Positions 47,751-58,518 of a stretch of DNA of 64,000 nucleotides are shown here, piece by piece. This DNA comes from a virus. The number at the start of each line of letters is the position of its first letter. The stretch's first letter is position 1. The stretch lies in IMG/VR virus record IMGVR_UViG_3300029448_000014, positions 1 to 64,000 of that record; one strand, given 5' to 3'. A program made the translations under genes and the position numbers. The notes under the pieces were generated by a model. It was not told the origin of the DNA. It saw nothing but the letters and a program-made list of their open reading frames with translations, and did no database searches.

Positions 47751-48431
47751 ATGGCTATTGGTGGAATAAGAACAGGAATAGGCTTTAGCGATTTTACGCC
47801 AACAGCATCGAAACAGATGCAAGGTGGAGCTGGAGCTGCTGAACTAGCATCTGTTGGTGAAAATTTTAATGCACTACGATCAGGTGCTGTTAACTTTGGC
47901 AGCCAAGCCCAGGCAGGCATTGCAGCTGAATCATTAAAGCGACGCGCAATAATGGATTCTAATTCAGAAGGTGCTGAAAATGCTCTAGATGCTATATCCA
48001 CAGTAAAAAGTAAAAAAATATTAGATGAATATGCGAAGGCTGCAGCAAGAAAAGCAGCTGGTGCATCTAAGTTTGGAAGCTTTCTTCAAGCCGGTGGCTC
48101 TTTGATTGCTTCAGCAATAATGAGCGATGAAACGGTAAAAAATAATATTGAGCAAATTGGTGATGCCCTAGCGACTTTACGTGAATTACGTCCAGTCACT
48201 TTTTACTACAATGAAGAATATAGTTCAAGTCCTGAAAGACTTCATCACGGGTTCGTTGCTCAGGAGTATGCAAAGCATATGCCAGATGCAACTTATTACG
48301 ATGAAAGTATTGACAAGCTGTGTATCGACACTACCGAACTTATTGCCCTACTTGTACGTTCTGTACAGCAGTTAGAAACAAAGGTTGCCCGCATGGAAGC
48401 ACAAACAGCATTAGCAGGAGTTAAGTCATGA
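47751..48431 (+). CDS. virion protein with a C-terminal peptidase S74 intramolecular chaperone domain
   Basis: SDETVKNNI...L..LRPVTFYY...HGFVAQE...LIALLV.SVQQL. Confidence 0.85.
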   Translation: MAIGGIRTGIGFSDFTPTASKQMQGGAGAAELASVGENFNALRSGAVNFGSQAQAGIAAESLKRRAIMDSNSEGAENALDAISTVKSKKILDEYAKAAARKAAGASKFGSFLQAGGSLIASAIMSDETVKNNIEQIGDALATLRELRPVTFYYNEEYSSSPERLHHGFVAQEYAKHMPDATYYDESIDKLCIDTTELIALLVRSVQQLETKVARMEAQTALAGVKS

Positions 48432-49650
48432 CTGTCGGACACTCTAGAGAAGACCTTCAATTTCTCATGGATAAAATTGGAGCTACAAGTGTAGATGACG
48501 TTCTGAGGTATCTAGGCGGTAAACCTACACAAGGGCAGGTAATGAGCGGCATGGAGAAAACGCTTAATGACGTGACGTTTAAAAAATTACCTACAAAGGT
48601 TGGACGGTTTGCAGGATCATCAATTGGTCGTGGAATTGCCCGAGTAATTCCTGGTTTAGCCCTTTTAGGTAATGTCACTGATGCAGCGGATATTGTTGCC
48701 GGCGACGATAGCTTAGGAAATAAGGCAATGGATGCAACAGCCATGGTTGTCGGGGGAACAGCAGGGGCACTACTTGGTGGACCACTTGGTGCTTCTTTTG
48801 GTGCAAGTGCAGGCAAGATGCTTAGCGACGGCACACAGTTCTTGTTCGGCGGAGGTAAGTCTCCTGAAGAACGTAGAATGGAAGAAGCATTGTTAGCACT
48901 ACGTGGAGTACAAATATCATGAGACAACTTCCAATTGGTGGATTAGCCGGTTACAACACAGATGCAAGTACCCATAGAAACTGGGCAGATAATTTTGGAG
49001 ATTTCTTTGCGGGAGATGCACGTAGCGTTGCCAACAAACGTGAGTTAATTGATGGGCAGGTAGAAGCCAATTGGTGGGATCGGTTGATGAACAAGTCAAC
49101 TGAAGAGTTGACTAATGCCAAAATGAAGAGCTTAGCTGATGAGCTTAGACGAGATCCAAGAGTTCAAAATATTATCGACAAAGGGGGTAAGGTTAATGTA
49201 AATGACTCCCAGAGAAGTATTTTAAATAGGAACAACGAACTTGTGAAACTAGATGCCGCCAAAGAAAATGCATCACTTTTACTAGGAGATAGGTATTACG
49301 AAGTAGCGGATTTGAATAACTCAAGAGCTGTTAACGCCAAAGTAAAAGAGTTACAAAAAGCAGAAGCAGAAAGAGTATCTAATGAAAGGGGAGGTTCAAA
49401 ATATAATGCTGAGCAGGCTGAAAAAAGGTATGAAGCTGAGCGTGAATACAGACGTTCACAAGATGAAAACCTTCGTCTTGACCGTAATCTTCAACGCCAG
49501 CTATCTGCTGAAAACAACAAGATGCAGCTGCAACTAGAATACGCACGTCTAGGACAAGCTGATAAGTTCAGAGTGCAAGACCGAAAGGATCAAGCAATTA
49601 TGGCACTGATGAGTGGACTTTCAAATCTAGGTGCAGGATTCGCTCTCTAA
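48428..49650 (+). CDS. two putative virion proteins (48428-48922, 48919-49650)
   Basis: Coupled ORFs; Gly-zipper and coiled-coil segments. Confidence 0.7.
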
Positions 49651-49750
49651 CCAGCACTATAGATTCGCCATGCTTCATCAGGTGTTAAGCCGCCCTGACC
49701 GTAAAATGAAGTACCAGTCTTGAGTAGGTATAGCTTTAACAATCTAAGAC

Positions 49751-50641
49751 TTACATCTTATTTTTATAAATACCTTCGTTGTAGACTGTCCAATCAACAA
49801 ACCCTCCACTCGCATCATGGAGGTATTTTGCTGCCTTCATATTTTTAACTGGATCAAATAAGTCTTCTCTTGAATTAATGCCAAGTTTTTGAAGCCAACC
49901 CCTGTCTTTGTGATAACCCCAGTTAATTTGCATTAAGCCGACGCTATCTTCTCCAGTGGAATCATATAAACCACCTTTAAGTCGTCTAGTACTGTTACTA
50001 GGATCATAACCGCTTTCACCTCCAGCAATACCAACAACAACAGCTGCATCTTGTGGTGAGAATCCCTGTGAAATTGCTAAATCTCTAATCGCCCCTTTTG
50101 ACATAACTCCACTACTGTTAGCAGATTGCTGTGCAGAAATGTTAGTACTTACTGATTCACCTTGATCAGGCTTAGTATTGGCAGGAACAGAAGTAGGTTT
50201 TTTAATCGCTGCTCTAATCTTCTCTGCTTCAATCTTTAAGTCCTCAATACGATTATCATATGTCCCCATTTGCTGCATCAGTGACCCAAGCATTTCATTA
50301 GGCTCAGTCTTCTGACGCATCTTCATAGCGCCAATACCAAGCAATGCAGCACCACCAGCTAGTTTGCCTGCCTTACGTGCACTACGTACTGAATTATCAA
50401 ATGATTTATCACGATCGACCTCAATATTAGTCAGCTTGATGTTTGTAGCTGCATTTGTGGCAGCTTTAGCTACTTTCGCATTTGAAGCAATGATCGCAGC
50501 TTTATCTTGAGCTGCTGCACGTATTGATGCCTGCCCAAGAGCACCAAAGTCAGTTTTATTATCTGCCAGTGTTTTTCGTATAGCAACTGCTTTTCTAACA
50601 GCTGCATTACCAGCTCTAATATAATTATTGACGTTTGCCAT
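49751..50641 (-). CDS. virion protein with a C-terminal lytic transglycosylase/lysozyme-like domain
   Basis: IA.GESG, S.GLMQIN, L.DP..N..AA and W.VY. Confidence 0.85.
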   Translation of the reverse strand: MANVNNYIRAGNAAVRKAVAIRKTLADNKTDFGALGQASIRAAAQDKAAIIASNAKVAKAATNAATNIKLTNIEVDRDKSFDNSVRSARKAGKLAGGAALLGIGAMKMRQKTEPNEMLGSLMQQMGTYDNRIEDLKIEAEKIRAAIKKPTSVPANTKPDQGESVSTNISAQQSANSSGVMSKGAIRDLAISQGFSPQDAAVVVGIAGGESGYDPSNSTRRLKGGLYDSTGEDSVGLMQINWGYHKDRGWLQKLGINSREDLFDPVKNMKAAKYLHDASGGFVDWTVYNEGIYKNKM

Positions 50642-50709
50642 ATCTTATTCAGATTAGATAACTACATTCTAACTTTGTAGAATAAAGGGAGACATAGAAA
50701 AAAAAGTAG

Positions 50710-52581
50710 ATGGCTCAAACTCCTTATGATAATATAAAAAATCCTGATTACAAAGAACCGGATGGGGATGCTGGCAAAACAGGAACTAATACAGGCTTAT
50801 TCAATTTTCAGTCCATTATGGACCAATTTTTTGGTTGGGAACCGGGGCCAGATGATACTGCAGGTCAGGCACTAAAAAATACTTTTTTGGCAGATAATGT
50901 TCAAACAGTAATAAACAATCAGATGGCCAAGGACTTAGCATACACTAATGCTGAGATTGCAACAGGCCAAATGGCAACTGCTGCACAGCTTGAGCTCGCA
51001 AACACATCAGCTGTAATGGCGGATGAGTTAGATTATGGCTTGCAAAAGATGGGAACAGAATATGACTACCAGTCTAAGTTTGCGGTTGATGAAGCAAATC
51101 GCGGTCTAAATGCTGCTGCACAAGCTGGTGATATACAACAGAATCAAACGTTGCTTGAAGGAGATGAAAATAGACTTAATATTGCAGCTCAGGGTCGAGA
51201 AGAGCTTGAGCAAATTAGTGCCCAGGGTCAACAAGATCAAGCTTTACAAGGTCAAGCCTTAACTTCTCAAGAGAAACAGATTGGGTTAAGTGGCGCTGAA
51301 GACCTTAAAAAGATTGAAGCGCAACAGTTTGCTGACGAGAAAATAACAAAAGTCAAAGCTGATGCAGAAAAAATGCTAATTCTTGAACAAGGTGGGGTTG
51401 ATGTGAGTAAGATTAAAGCTCAAGGTGGCATTGATAAGTGGTTGCAGACTGCAGCTGGTAAACAACAGATGGCTCAATTAGAGAAACAAGGTAATATTGA
51501 TGTGAGTAAAATTCTGAAGCAAGGTGGAGTAGACATTGATAAAATTGAAGCACAAGGAGCTGTTGAAGCAGGAATGCAGAAGGCTCAAATTGGAAGTGAC
51601 CAAAAGATGCAAAAAGTATCTGGTCAACAGGCTATGGAGCAACTAAAAGCTTCTAACGCTAGCCAAGAGCAAATTCAGAAGTTACAAAATAGTGGACAGC
51701 TGAACAATATAAAAACTCAAGGTGATATTGATAAATTACTAGCAAAAGAAGGTATCCAAAGTCAAGAGAAGATGCAAGGTAAGGATATTGCTAGCCAGGA
51801 GCAGATGCAACAAGTATCTGGTCAACAGGCTATGGCGCAACTAAAAGCGTCTAACGCTAGCCAGGAACAAATCCAGAAATTACAAAATAGTGGACAGCTT
51901 GACAATATCAAAACTCAAGGTGATATTGATAAGTTAATGCAGTCCTCAGGCATCACAAGTCAAGAAAAGATGCAAGGGAAGGATATTGCTAGCCAACAGC
52001 AGATGCAAAAGGAGCAAGGGAAGATTGATATCAGTAAAATTACTGAGGCAGGATCACAGGATCTGTTAAAGATTGATGCTCAAGCTAGTGCTGATGAAGG
52101 AAATATATATGCCCAAGGCAATGTTGACAAAGCAAGCATTATTGCCAGTGGTGGACAAGAAAGAGAGACACAAGCCCAAGCCTTAGCTTCTCAGGAAAAT
52201 CAGATTGGGTTAAGGGGTGCAGAGGACAGAGCAACACAAGGTCAATCCTTAGCCTCTCAAGAGAGACAGATTGGGTTAAGTGGCTCAGAGGACAGAGCAA
52301 CACAAGGTCAAGCCTTAGCTTCACAAGAAAAGCAGATTGGGTTAACCGGTGCTCAAGACGTTAAGAGGATTGATGCACAAGGATACATGGATCAAAAACT
52401 GCAGGAGGTAAAAGGAAAAACTGATCTTGATAGTATTTCAGCAACAGGCGACCAAGGTGTCCGCACAATTGGAGCGCAAGGAGACCAAGATCGTAAAACC
52501 ATGATGCAAAAAACTAAAGAAGAAGGCAAAACGGCTACTAGACAAAGTAAGTATGCACGTAGTCTTGCAGGTATGTTCTGA
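50710..52581 (+). CDS. Gln-rich repeat protein (putative ejection/pilot or tape-measure-like)
   Basis: 11-aa periodicity; DNA repeats with periods of 198 bp and 66 bp. Confidence 0.7.
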   Translation: MAQTPYDNIKNPDYKEPDGDAGKTGTNTGLFNFQSIMDQFFGWEPGPDDTAGQALKNTFLADNVQTVINNQMAKDLAYTNAEIATGQMATAAQLELANTSAVMADELDYGLQKMGTEYDYQSKFAVDEANRGLNAAAQAGDIQQNQTLLEGDENRLNIAAQGREELEQISAQGQQDQALQGQALTSQEKQIGLSGAEDLKKIEAQQFADEKITKVKADAEKMLILEQGGVDVSKIKAQGGIDKWLQTAAGKQQMAQLEKQGNIDVSKILKQGGVDIDKIEAQGAVEAGMQKAQIGSDQKMQKVSGQQAMEQLKASNASQEQIQKLQNSGQLNNIKTQGDIDKLLAKEGIQSQEKMQGKDIASQEQMQQVSGQQAMAQLKASNASQEQIQKLQNSGQLDNIKTQGDIDKLMQSSGITSQEKMQGKDIASQQQMQKEQGKIDISKITEAGSQDLLKIDAQASADEGNIYAQGNVDKASIIASGGQERETQAQALASQENQIGLRGAEDRATQGQSLASQERQIGLSGSEDRATQGQALASQEKQIGLTGAQDVKRIDAQGYMDQKLQEVKGKTDLDSISATGDQGVRTIGAQGDQDRKTMMQKTKEEGKTATRQSKYARSLAGMF

Positions 52582-53117
52582 TGACTACATCAACAGCAAA
52601 AGGTTCAAAGGTCTACCTTACGTTTGTAGACCAATGGCTGGACACACTACCAGCATCAGAGAGCGAAGAGTTCAAAGAATTTGCTGAGTACACTCCATCA
52701 ATTATTGAGATTTGGGTATACTCAGGCATTCTTGGTTATCCAGGCACGTTTAATGACCTGTCTAGATGGGTAAAGATGAAATATAAGAAGCTGAACAGAC
52801 GTGAAATCCTGAATAGTGAAATAGCCGCACTGCATTGTGATATTCAAGAGTTACGCATGGCTGTAACCTCAGGAGAAATTAAAGGAGATAATGGAGCTGC
52901 ACGATTGGCAGCACTAGAGAAAGAACTCCGATCACACATTGAAGTAAGTGAACGACTTAACCGATCTACAGATAAAAGAGGATTAATCCTTGCAGGTGCT
53001 GATCGAGTAATGCGTGAGATGACAAACATTTTTAAGGACGATCCACAATTTGCAGAACCTATTGATAATGCAATGAATGCCGTGTGGGCTAAAGTTTATA
53101 GTGAGGTAAGCAGCTAA
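52581..53117 (+). CDS. helical protein, candidate terminase small subunit
   Basis: Position upstream of terL only. Confidence 0.45.
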   Translation: MTTSTAKGSKVYLTFVDQWLDTLPASESEEFKEFAEYTPSIIEIWVYSGILGYPGTFNDLSRWVKMKYKKLNRREILNSEIAALHCDIQELRMAVTSGEIKGDNGAARLAALEKELRSHIEVSERLNRSTDKRGLILAGADRVMREMTNIFKDDPQFAEPIDNAMNAVWAKVYSEVSS

Positions 53118-53404
53118 TGATGATTCCAGAGTTACCAGAACTTCCTGAAATTATCGATCATAGTTCACGTGCTATAAGATTACGTAGCACAATTCAAGCA
53201 ACACTTCCTGGTATGGAAAATTTAGATATTAAAGAATTTTATTCAGTTGATCCTCGCATTATAGAGAGACAAAGATTTTTAGAGGCCATGAGGATTGCAT
53301 ATGAGATTACACGTAGACAAAATCAAATTCAAGCTACTCGTGCAGCTTATGCCGACAGAAGGATGCAGTATCAAGCAGAGCGAAAACGGGGATGGTGGCG
53401 TTAG
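53117..53404 (+). CDS. hypothetical protein
   Basis: Coupled ORF. Confidence 0.6.
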   Translation: MMIPELPELPEIIDHSSRAIRLRSTIQATLPGMENLDIKEFYSVDPRIIERQRFLEAMRIAYEITRRQNQIQATRAAYADRRMQYQAERKRGWWR

Positions 53405-53431
53405 ACTATAAACACTATTTAATATATATAT

Positions 53432-54970
53432 ATGGCAGTTCCAAGTGTCGCTTTAGCATACAGAAGAACGGCACTAATGAATGCCACAAAAGTAACAGTT
53501 AAACCGCCATCTCCAGAAGTTCTAAAAGCCAGAGACAACTTTCAAGACTTCTGTGTATTAATGGGAAAACCTCCAGCAAAGCACATGCTGGAGTGGCATG
53601 CTCAGCTGTGTACAGGCAAGGACAGCGAATGTCTGATTGGCATTGGTGGAGCAAATACTTCAATCCTTGCCCCTCGTGGCTCTGCAAAATCCACTGTTCT
53701 TGGATTATTTGCTGCATGGATGATTGGTAGACATACCGCAGCCAAGAAAATGCTGAGGATACTATATATTGCTTACATGGTGGATATTAGTCGTGCAAAG
53801 TCTGCCACGATAAAAGGAATATTAGCTAGTAGTAAGTATCGAGAAATATTTCCAATGGTTAGGTTATCTAAGATAAAACGTAGTGATGAATATTGGAGTA
53901 TTGACTATGAATTTGCGGGTATTGATACAGCGGGTGAGGAAGCTTTTACCATTGCGTGTGGAGGTCTTAAGGGTGCAATCACCTCCAAACGATCCCAGCT
54001 GGTTCTTATCGATGACCCTATTAAATCCGCTGCGTCAATCAATAACCCGGATATTCGCCGTGAGATGGAACAGACATGGAGTAACGTTATTGCGCCCACT
54101 ATGTTTCAGGGAGCACGTGCCGTTTGTTTGGGCACACGTTTTCACTTTGACGACATCCACGCCACGTTGTTTGTTCCAAAAAATAATTGGAGGCAGATTG
54201 TACAAAAGGCAGTAATAACAGACAGTGAAGGACGACAACGTTCGTACTGGCCTGAGTTTTGGTCAATGAAATATCTCAATGAACGTAAGTTAGAGAATCG
54301 AGTTGCCTTTGCTTATCAGTATTTGAACACCGCAGTTCAATCTAGTGATGTTGGAATATCGCCAGATCTCATTGTGCATGGTGAAGTACCTGAAGACTAT
54401 GACTGTATTGGTGTAGGAATTGATCTGAGTGCAGGATTAAGTGAAAAGAATGATTGGACAGTATTTACGTTAGGTGGCATTAAAGACGGAAAGATCTATA
54501 TGATTGACCAACGTCGTGTTAGGAGCATGGGTAATCTTGAAAAGATGGACACGTTATGTGAGATGCTTGCTGATTGGAATATTGTTCTTGAAAATGATGA
54601 AGGTCAATATTTTCCATCCATGTCAACATGTATGATTTGGCCTGAAGCTGTTGCATATCAATCATCATTTGAGGGTGATTTTAAACGTGTTATGTTCGAT
54701 CAACGTGCATTATATAATTTAAGCTGTTCACCAGTAAAAGGATTTAAAGGCGACAAATTAGCAAGACTACGAGGAGTGCTTGGACTATATGAACATCGAA
54801 AAGTAGTATGGAATAAATGGCGTAAGTGGAATATTCTAGAAGACGAACTGATTAACTTTGGCCATTCGCCACATGATGATGCTGTTGATTCAATGGTGCT
54901 TACTATGGGTGGATTATTAAGGCGTGGTGTACTCCAGATGGAGTTCAATGAAAATAGTAACTTAGTATAG
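53432..54970 (+). CDS. terL: terminase large subunit
   Basis: APRGSAKST, LIDDP, LGTRFH, GIDLS...NDWT and HDDAVDS. Confidence 0.93.
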   Translation: MAVPSVALAYRRTALMNATKVTVKPPSPEVLKARDNFQDFCVLMGKPPAKHMLEWHAQLCTGKDSECLIGIGGANTSILAPRGSAKSTVLGLFAAWMIGRHTAAKKMLRILYIAYMVDISRAKSATIKGILASSKYREIFPMVRLSKIKRSDEYWSIDYEFAGIDTAGEEAFTIACGGLKGAITSKRSQLVLIDDPIKSAASINNPDIRREMEQTWSNVIAPTMFQGARAVCLGTRFHFDDIHATLFVPKNNWRQIVQKAVITDSEGRQRSYWPEFWSMKYLNERKLENRVAFAYQYLNTAVQSSDVGISPDLIVHGEVPEDYDCIGVGIDLSAGLSEKNDWTVFTLGGIKDGKIYMIDQRRVRSMGNLEKMDTLCEMLADWNIVLENDEGQYFPSMSTCMIWPEAVAYQSSFEGDFKRVMFDQRALYNLSCSPVKGFKGDKLARLRGVLGLYEHRKVVWNKWRKWNILEDELINFGHSPHDDAVDSMVLTMGGLLRRGVLQMEFNENSNLV

Positions 54971-55007
54971 CTCTAGTTATAATAAAGAAAATAAAAGTAT
55001 CTCACTC

Positions 55008-56222
55008 ATGGCCATAAAGCGTACTAATTACAGCCGGATACACCAGTTAATATTACAAAATCAATCTAAAAAGGCACCAAAACGACCAGAGGGTTTTACG
55101 AAATCAAAAACTGAACTAGCCAAAGAGAAGGCTGCAGCATATAATAACAAAGAAGAAGCTAAGAAGAAGGCTTTTGCACTTAGGTCGCAAAAACAAGATC
55201 CCAAGGCAAAAACTTTGCGGAAAGAGTCAGCCAAAGAAAAGGCTGTAGCATATAAAGGGAATTCAAATATTCAGGTTAAAGGTAACGATAATTCTAATAT
55301 TGGTAATAATTATAGTAACAATAATGGTCGATCACGACCTGTTGTTTCTCGACCAGTAGTCCAACCTCCAGAGAACAATAGACCTGTACAACAACCAAGC
55401 GTTGATACTAGTACTCCTAGGAAACAACTCAGTGGTGGTTATGGTAATTATGAAGAATGGAGCAAGAATAGATTCCAAATGCGCACCGCGGACTGGCAAG
55501 ATTATGATAACGATGGTATAGACAATAGAGATCAAGCTGGTCCCGGTCAACCTCGTTTTAGTGATTATGTAGATGGCAAACCACCATCCTCGGGAAATGA
55601 TCAGCTATCTCAAGATCAAGGGCTGGATCGCGTCGCCTTCGCGAAGGAGATGCCTAATAGGGAATCTGCACAAAAAAGATACAGGGAATCAATGCAACAA
55701 TTCAAAGATCAGTACACTTCTAATTTAAAGAGGAGAGGCGTTGGAAATAAATCCACGAATATTGATGTAACAGGAAACAACAATAGCAATGTAGGAAATG
55801 ACTATAGTAATAACACAACTAATCAAAACGATTACAGTGTGAATATTTCAGGCAACAATCGTGGAAGATATGGTGGTTTCAGCAATATGCAGGGTGCTGC
55901 TGCCTATTCAGCATTAAACAATAATCAGTCACGACGCTCAAACAGTGAACTAAGTGGAAGTACTCGTGCAGCTCAAGCATCGGAAGATGCTGACAGGATT
56001 GTTGACGGAAGGGGACGTGCTAAAAGATTGTATAATATGACTGGTTTTGACCAAAATTATTGGCGCTCAAAAGCAGACGCTCAGCAGAATTTCTACTTAG
56101 GTGACATATTTAAAATGAACTTAGGTGATTATAAGTTACCATCGCCACCATCTAATCCTTTTGACAACGATAAGACAGATAAATATTACGATGATGCTAT
56201 AGAGAGGATAGAGAACATCTAA
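55008..56222 (+). CDS. Asn-rich putative virion protein
   Basis: 404 aa; GNxNSNxGNxYSNN repeated. Confidence 0.7.
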   Translation: MAIKRTNYSRIHQLILQNQSKKAPKRPEGFTKSKTELAKEKAAAYNNKEEAKKKAFALRSQKQDPKAKTLRKESAKEKAVAYKGNSNIQVKGNDNSNIGNNYSNNNGRSRPVVSRPVVQPPENNRPVQQPSVDTSTPRKQLSGGYGNYEEWSKNRFQMRTADWQDYDNDGIDNRDQAGPGQPRFSDYVDGKPPSSGNDQLSQDQGLDRVAFAKEMPNRESAQKRYRESMQQFKDQYTSNLKRRGVGNKSTNIDVTGNNNSNVGNDYSNNTTNQNDYSVNISGNNRGRYGGFSNMQGAAAYSALNNNQSRRSNSELSGSTRAAQASEDADRIVDGRGRAKRLYNMTGFDQNYWRSKADAQQNFYLGDIFKMNLGDYKLPSPPSNPFDNDKTDKYYDDAIERIENI

Positions 56223-56265
56223 TGACTACTGACGCTAGACTTAATAATATAATTATGAAATAAAG

Positions 56266-58518
56266 ATGTCTAACAATAATGCTCAGTTTCAGGAGATTTT
56301 GAATGCAGCAAAAGAGAAACGTGGTGATTTACCAGTAGACACAATGATTGTGTCATCACATCTTGCGCAAATGCGTTTGTTCATTCTTCGTCGAGGCGTA
56401 GAGTTTTTCTGTGATCAAGATACATATGGTGATCGACGAGAATTCTTAAGTAAGGTTTATGAGAGCAATATGCTCGAAATGAAGCTTGATAGCATCATTG
56501 ATTATTTCTTGTGTGATGGTCAAGGTCTATTTTATTTCAGACCTTCAGGAGATACATATCAACTTTTATATTTTCCAAAGGATAGTTACAGGTGTTATCG
56601 CGATCAAGTTAATGATATTGAACATGTCGAGCTTATCTATACCTTTGCTGTAAAAGAGCCAAGCATGATGGACGCATATGCCACGCCTGGCCAGCGCGGC
56701 GGAAGAAAAAAATATATCAAGCTTAAGGTCTATAAAGATCGAATTGAACAAACTATCTCAAATGAAAAGATAGAGTTTGAGAATTCTGGTGGTGCAATGA
56801 TGATGCAGCAGCCAGGTCAAACCGAGACACTTAGTAATAGCCTTGGATTTATCCCTGCCGTTGAAGTATTTAACCATTTGGATTGTACAGGCGAATCCAC
56901 AGGTACAGGTGAGTTCGATTGGATGTCTAATCAAATCTTGTTCCACGACGAGCTAGTACGAAATGTGCGTAAGAACATGAAGTTCTTCGGCAACCCCACA
57001 TTGGTATCTAGCCGGCCACGACACGACATTCTTGAGAGTGGCGATGAAGGTGCAATGCGACCAACCATCAGCTCACAAGCTGGATTTTACGCGATGGATA
57101 GGCCTAGCACTCGCACTAGTCAACCAGGTTTCAGTGCAGGTGCTGATGGACAAATCAAAGTGCCAAGGGTGATTGCAAATCTTGAGCCAACTGACCGTGT
57201 CTCATACATGACACCTGATGCAGTCAGTGGTGATCAGAACATGTACGTTAAACAGTACAGGTCTGAAATTCGTTTAGCACTCGGTGGAGTTGATGACCTT
57301 GACTTCAATATGGCATCTTCTGCTTATGAAATGAAGTCTTTATACGGTAGATGCGCAGCTACTGCAGAGAAGAAAGCGAAAGCACTTTTTGAGTTTGGAC
57401 TGTGTAAGTTGTTTGCATTAATGATTCAGCATGAAGAATACCTGTTTGAACAGTCATTTGCTACAGCAATGGGGCTAGTGAATCCAGAACCACCCCTAGA
57501 AGAACAGTTCGAAAGTACTGAAGACTTTGAACAGGCACTACTTGCTTATCAACAGGAACAGAAAAATTTCTTAGATACAAGAGCTCAATTGTTTTCTGCT
57601 AGTATTGAGTCAGGTAATATACCTAATGGGGTTATTGGACTAATCCCAGATGGCAGTAGCAAAGTTAATTGGCGCTGGACCGGAGAAATTTTCGAAGAGG
57701 ATTCCCAAGGCATTCTAAATAACAGTATTGTCGTAAGGAACCTACAAGAATTAGGTGTTGATTCTATTGAGGCACTTAAGTATCTCTTCCCCAGTAAAAC
57801 TGATGAAGAACGCGCTGCTATGTTAACTGGATATCCATTTAGGATGGTTCAGCAGTCACAACAAGCTTTCAATACATTCATACAGATGCTTGGTCAGTTG
57901 TATCAATTGCCGCATCCACAAATGCCCAATCAGCCATTAGCAGCTGACCCGAATCTTGATATCACAGGGTTCCTATATAGATCACTAGAGTTTTTACGTA
58001 AGGAGTTAAGTTACAGTGGAAAGTACAAGTCCGATGATGGCGAGCAACGCCCCAACAAGCTCAGCGACGCCGACCGTAAGCGCGCCAAGCTTGGCCTCCC
58101 AACCAGGGATGAGCGCCCCGTCCAGTTACCAGGCAGCACCCCAGGTAACACCCCAGGCACCAACGGGTTACCAGCCAATGGCGGCCCAGCAGGCTTCGGC
58201 GGCCCCGGCAGCAGCAGCCAATCCTTGGCAGGAAGCGTTCCAGGCACTGAGCGCAAGCCTGAATACGCCTCAAGCATCCCCGGCCCCGGCGTCGTACTCG
58301 GCGTATCAAACACCGACAGCACAGAGCAATACCCAGGCCAGTTGGGGCTATCAACCCCAGCAGGAATTGGTAAGTCAGGCTCAGCAGACCTACGCTCCGC
58401 AAGCTTCAACCCAGGGTTATTCGGCCCAGGAGCTCAGCCAAATCCAGCAGCTGGTCAGCCAGCAACAACAGGCAGCGCAGGCTCAGTATCTAAGCCAAGG
58501 CGCAAGCGATCCAAGTGA
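56266..58518 (+). CDS. portal protein
   Basis: Size and position after terL; LGFIPAVE and S..E...L motifs; low-complexity C-terminal tail. Confidence 0.75.
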   Translation: MSNNNAQFQEILNAAKEKRGDLPVDTMIVSSHLAQMRLFILRRGVEFFCDQDTYGDRREFLSKVYESNMLEMKLDSIIDYFLCDGQGLFYFRPSGDTYQLLYFPKDSYRCYRDQVNDIEHVELIYTFAVKEPSMMDAYATPGQRGGRKKYIKLKVYKDRIEQTISNEKIEFENSGGAMMMQQPGQTETLSNSLGFIPAVEVFNHLDCTGESTGTGEFDWMSNQILFHDELVRNVRKNMKFFGNPTLVSSRPRHDILESGDEGAMRPTISSQAGFYAMDRPSTRTSQPGFSAGADGQIKVPRVIANLEPTDRVSYMTPDAVSGDQNMYVKQYRSEIRLALGGVDDLDFNMASSAYEMKSLYGRCAATAEKKAKALFEFGLCKLFALMIQHEEYLFEQSFATAMGLVNPEPPLEEQFESTEDFEQALLAYQQEQKNFLDTRAQLFSASIESGNIPNGVIGLIPDGSSKVNWRWTGEIFEEDSQGILNNSIVVRNLQELGVDSIEALKYLFPSKTDEERAAMLTGYPFRMVQQSQQAFNTFIQMLGQLYQLPHPQMPNQPLAADPNLDITGFLYRSLEFLRKELSYSGKYKSDDGEQRPNKLSDADRKRAKLGLPTRDERPVQLPGSTPGNTPGTNGLPANGGPAGFGGPGSSSQSLAGSVPGTERKPEYASSIPGPGVVLGVSNTDSTEQYPGQLGLSTPAGIGKSGSADLRSASFNPGLFGPGAQPNPAAGQPATTGSAGSVSKPRRKRSK

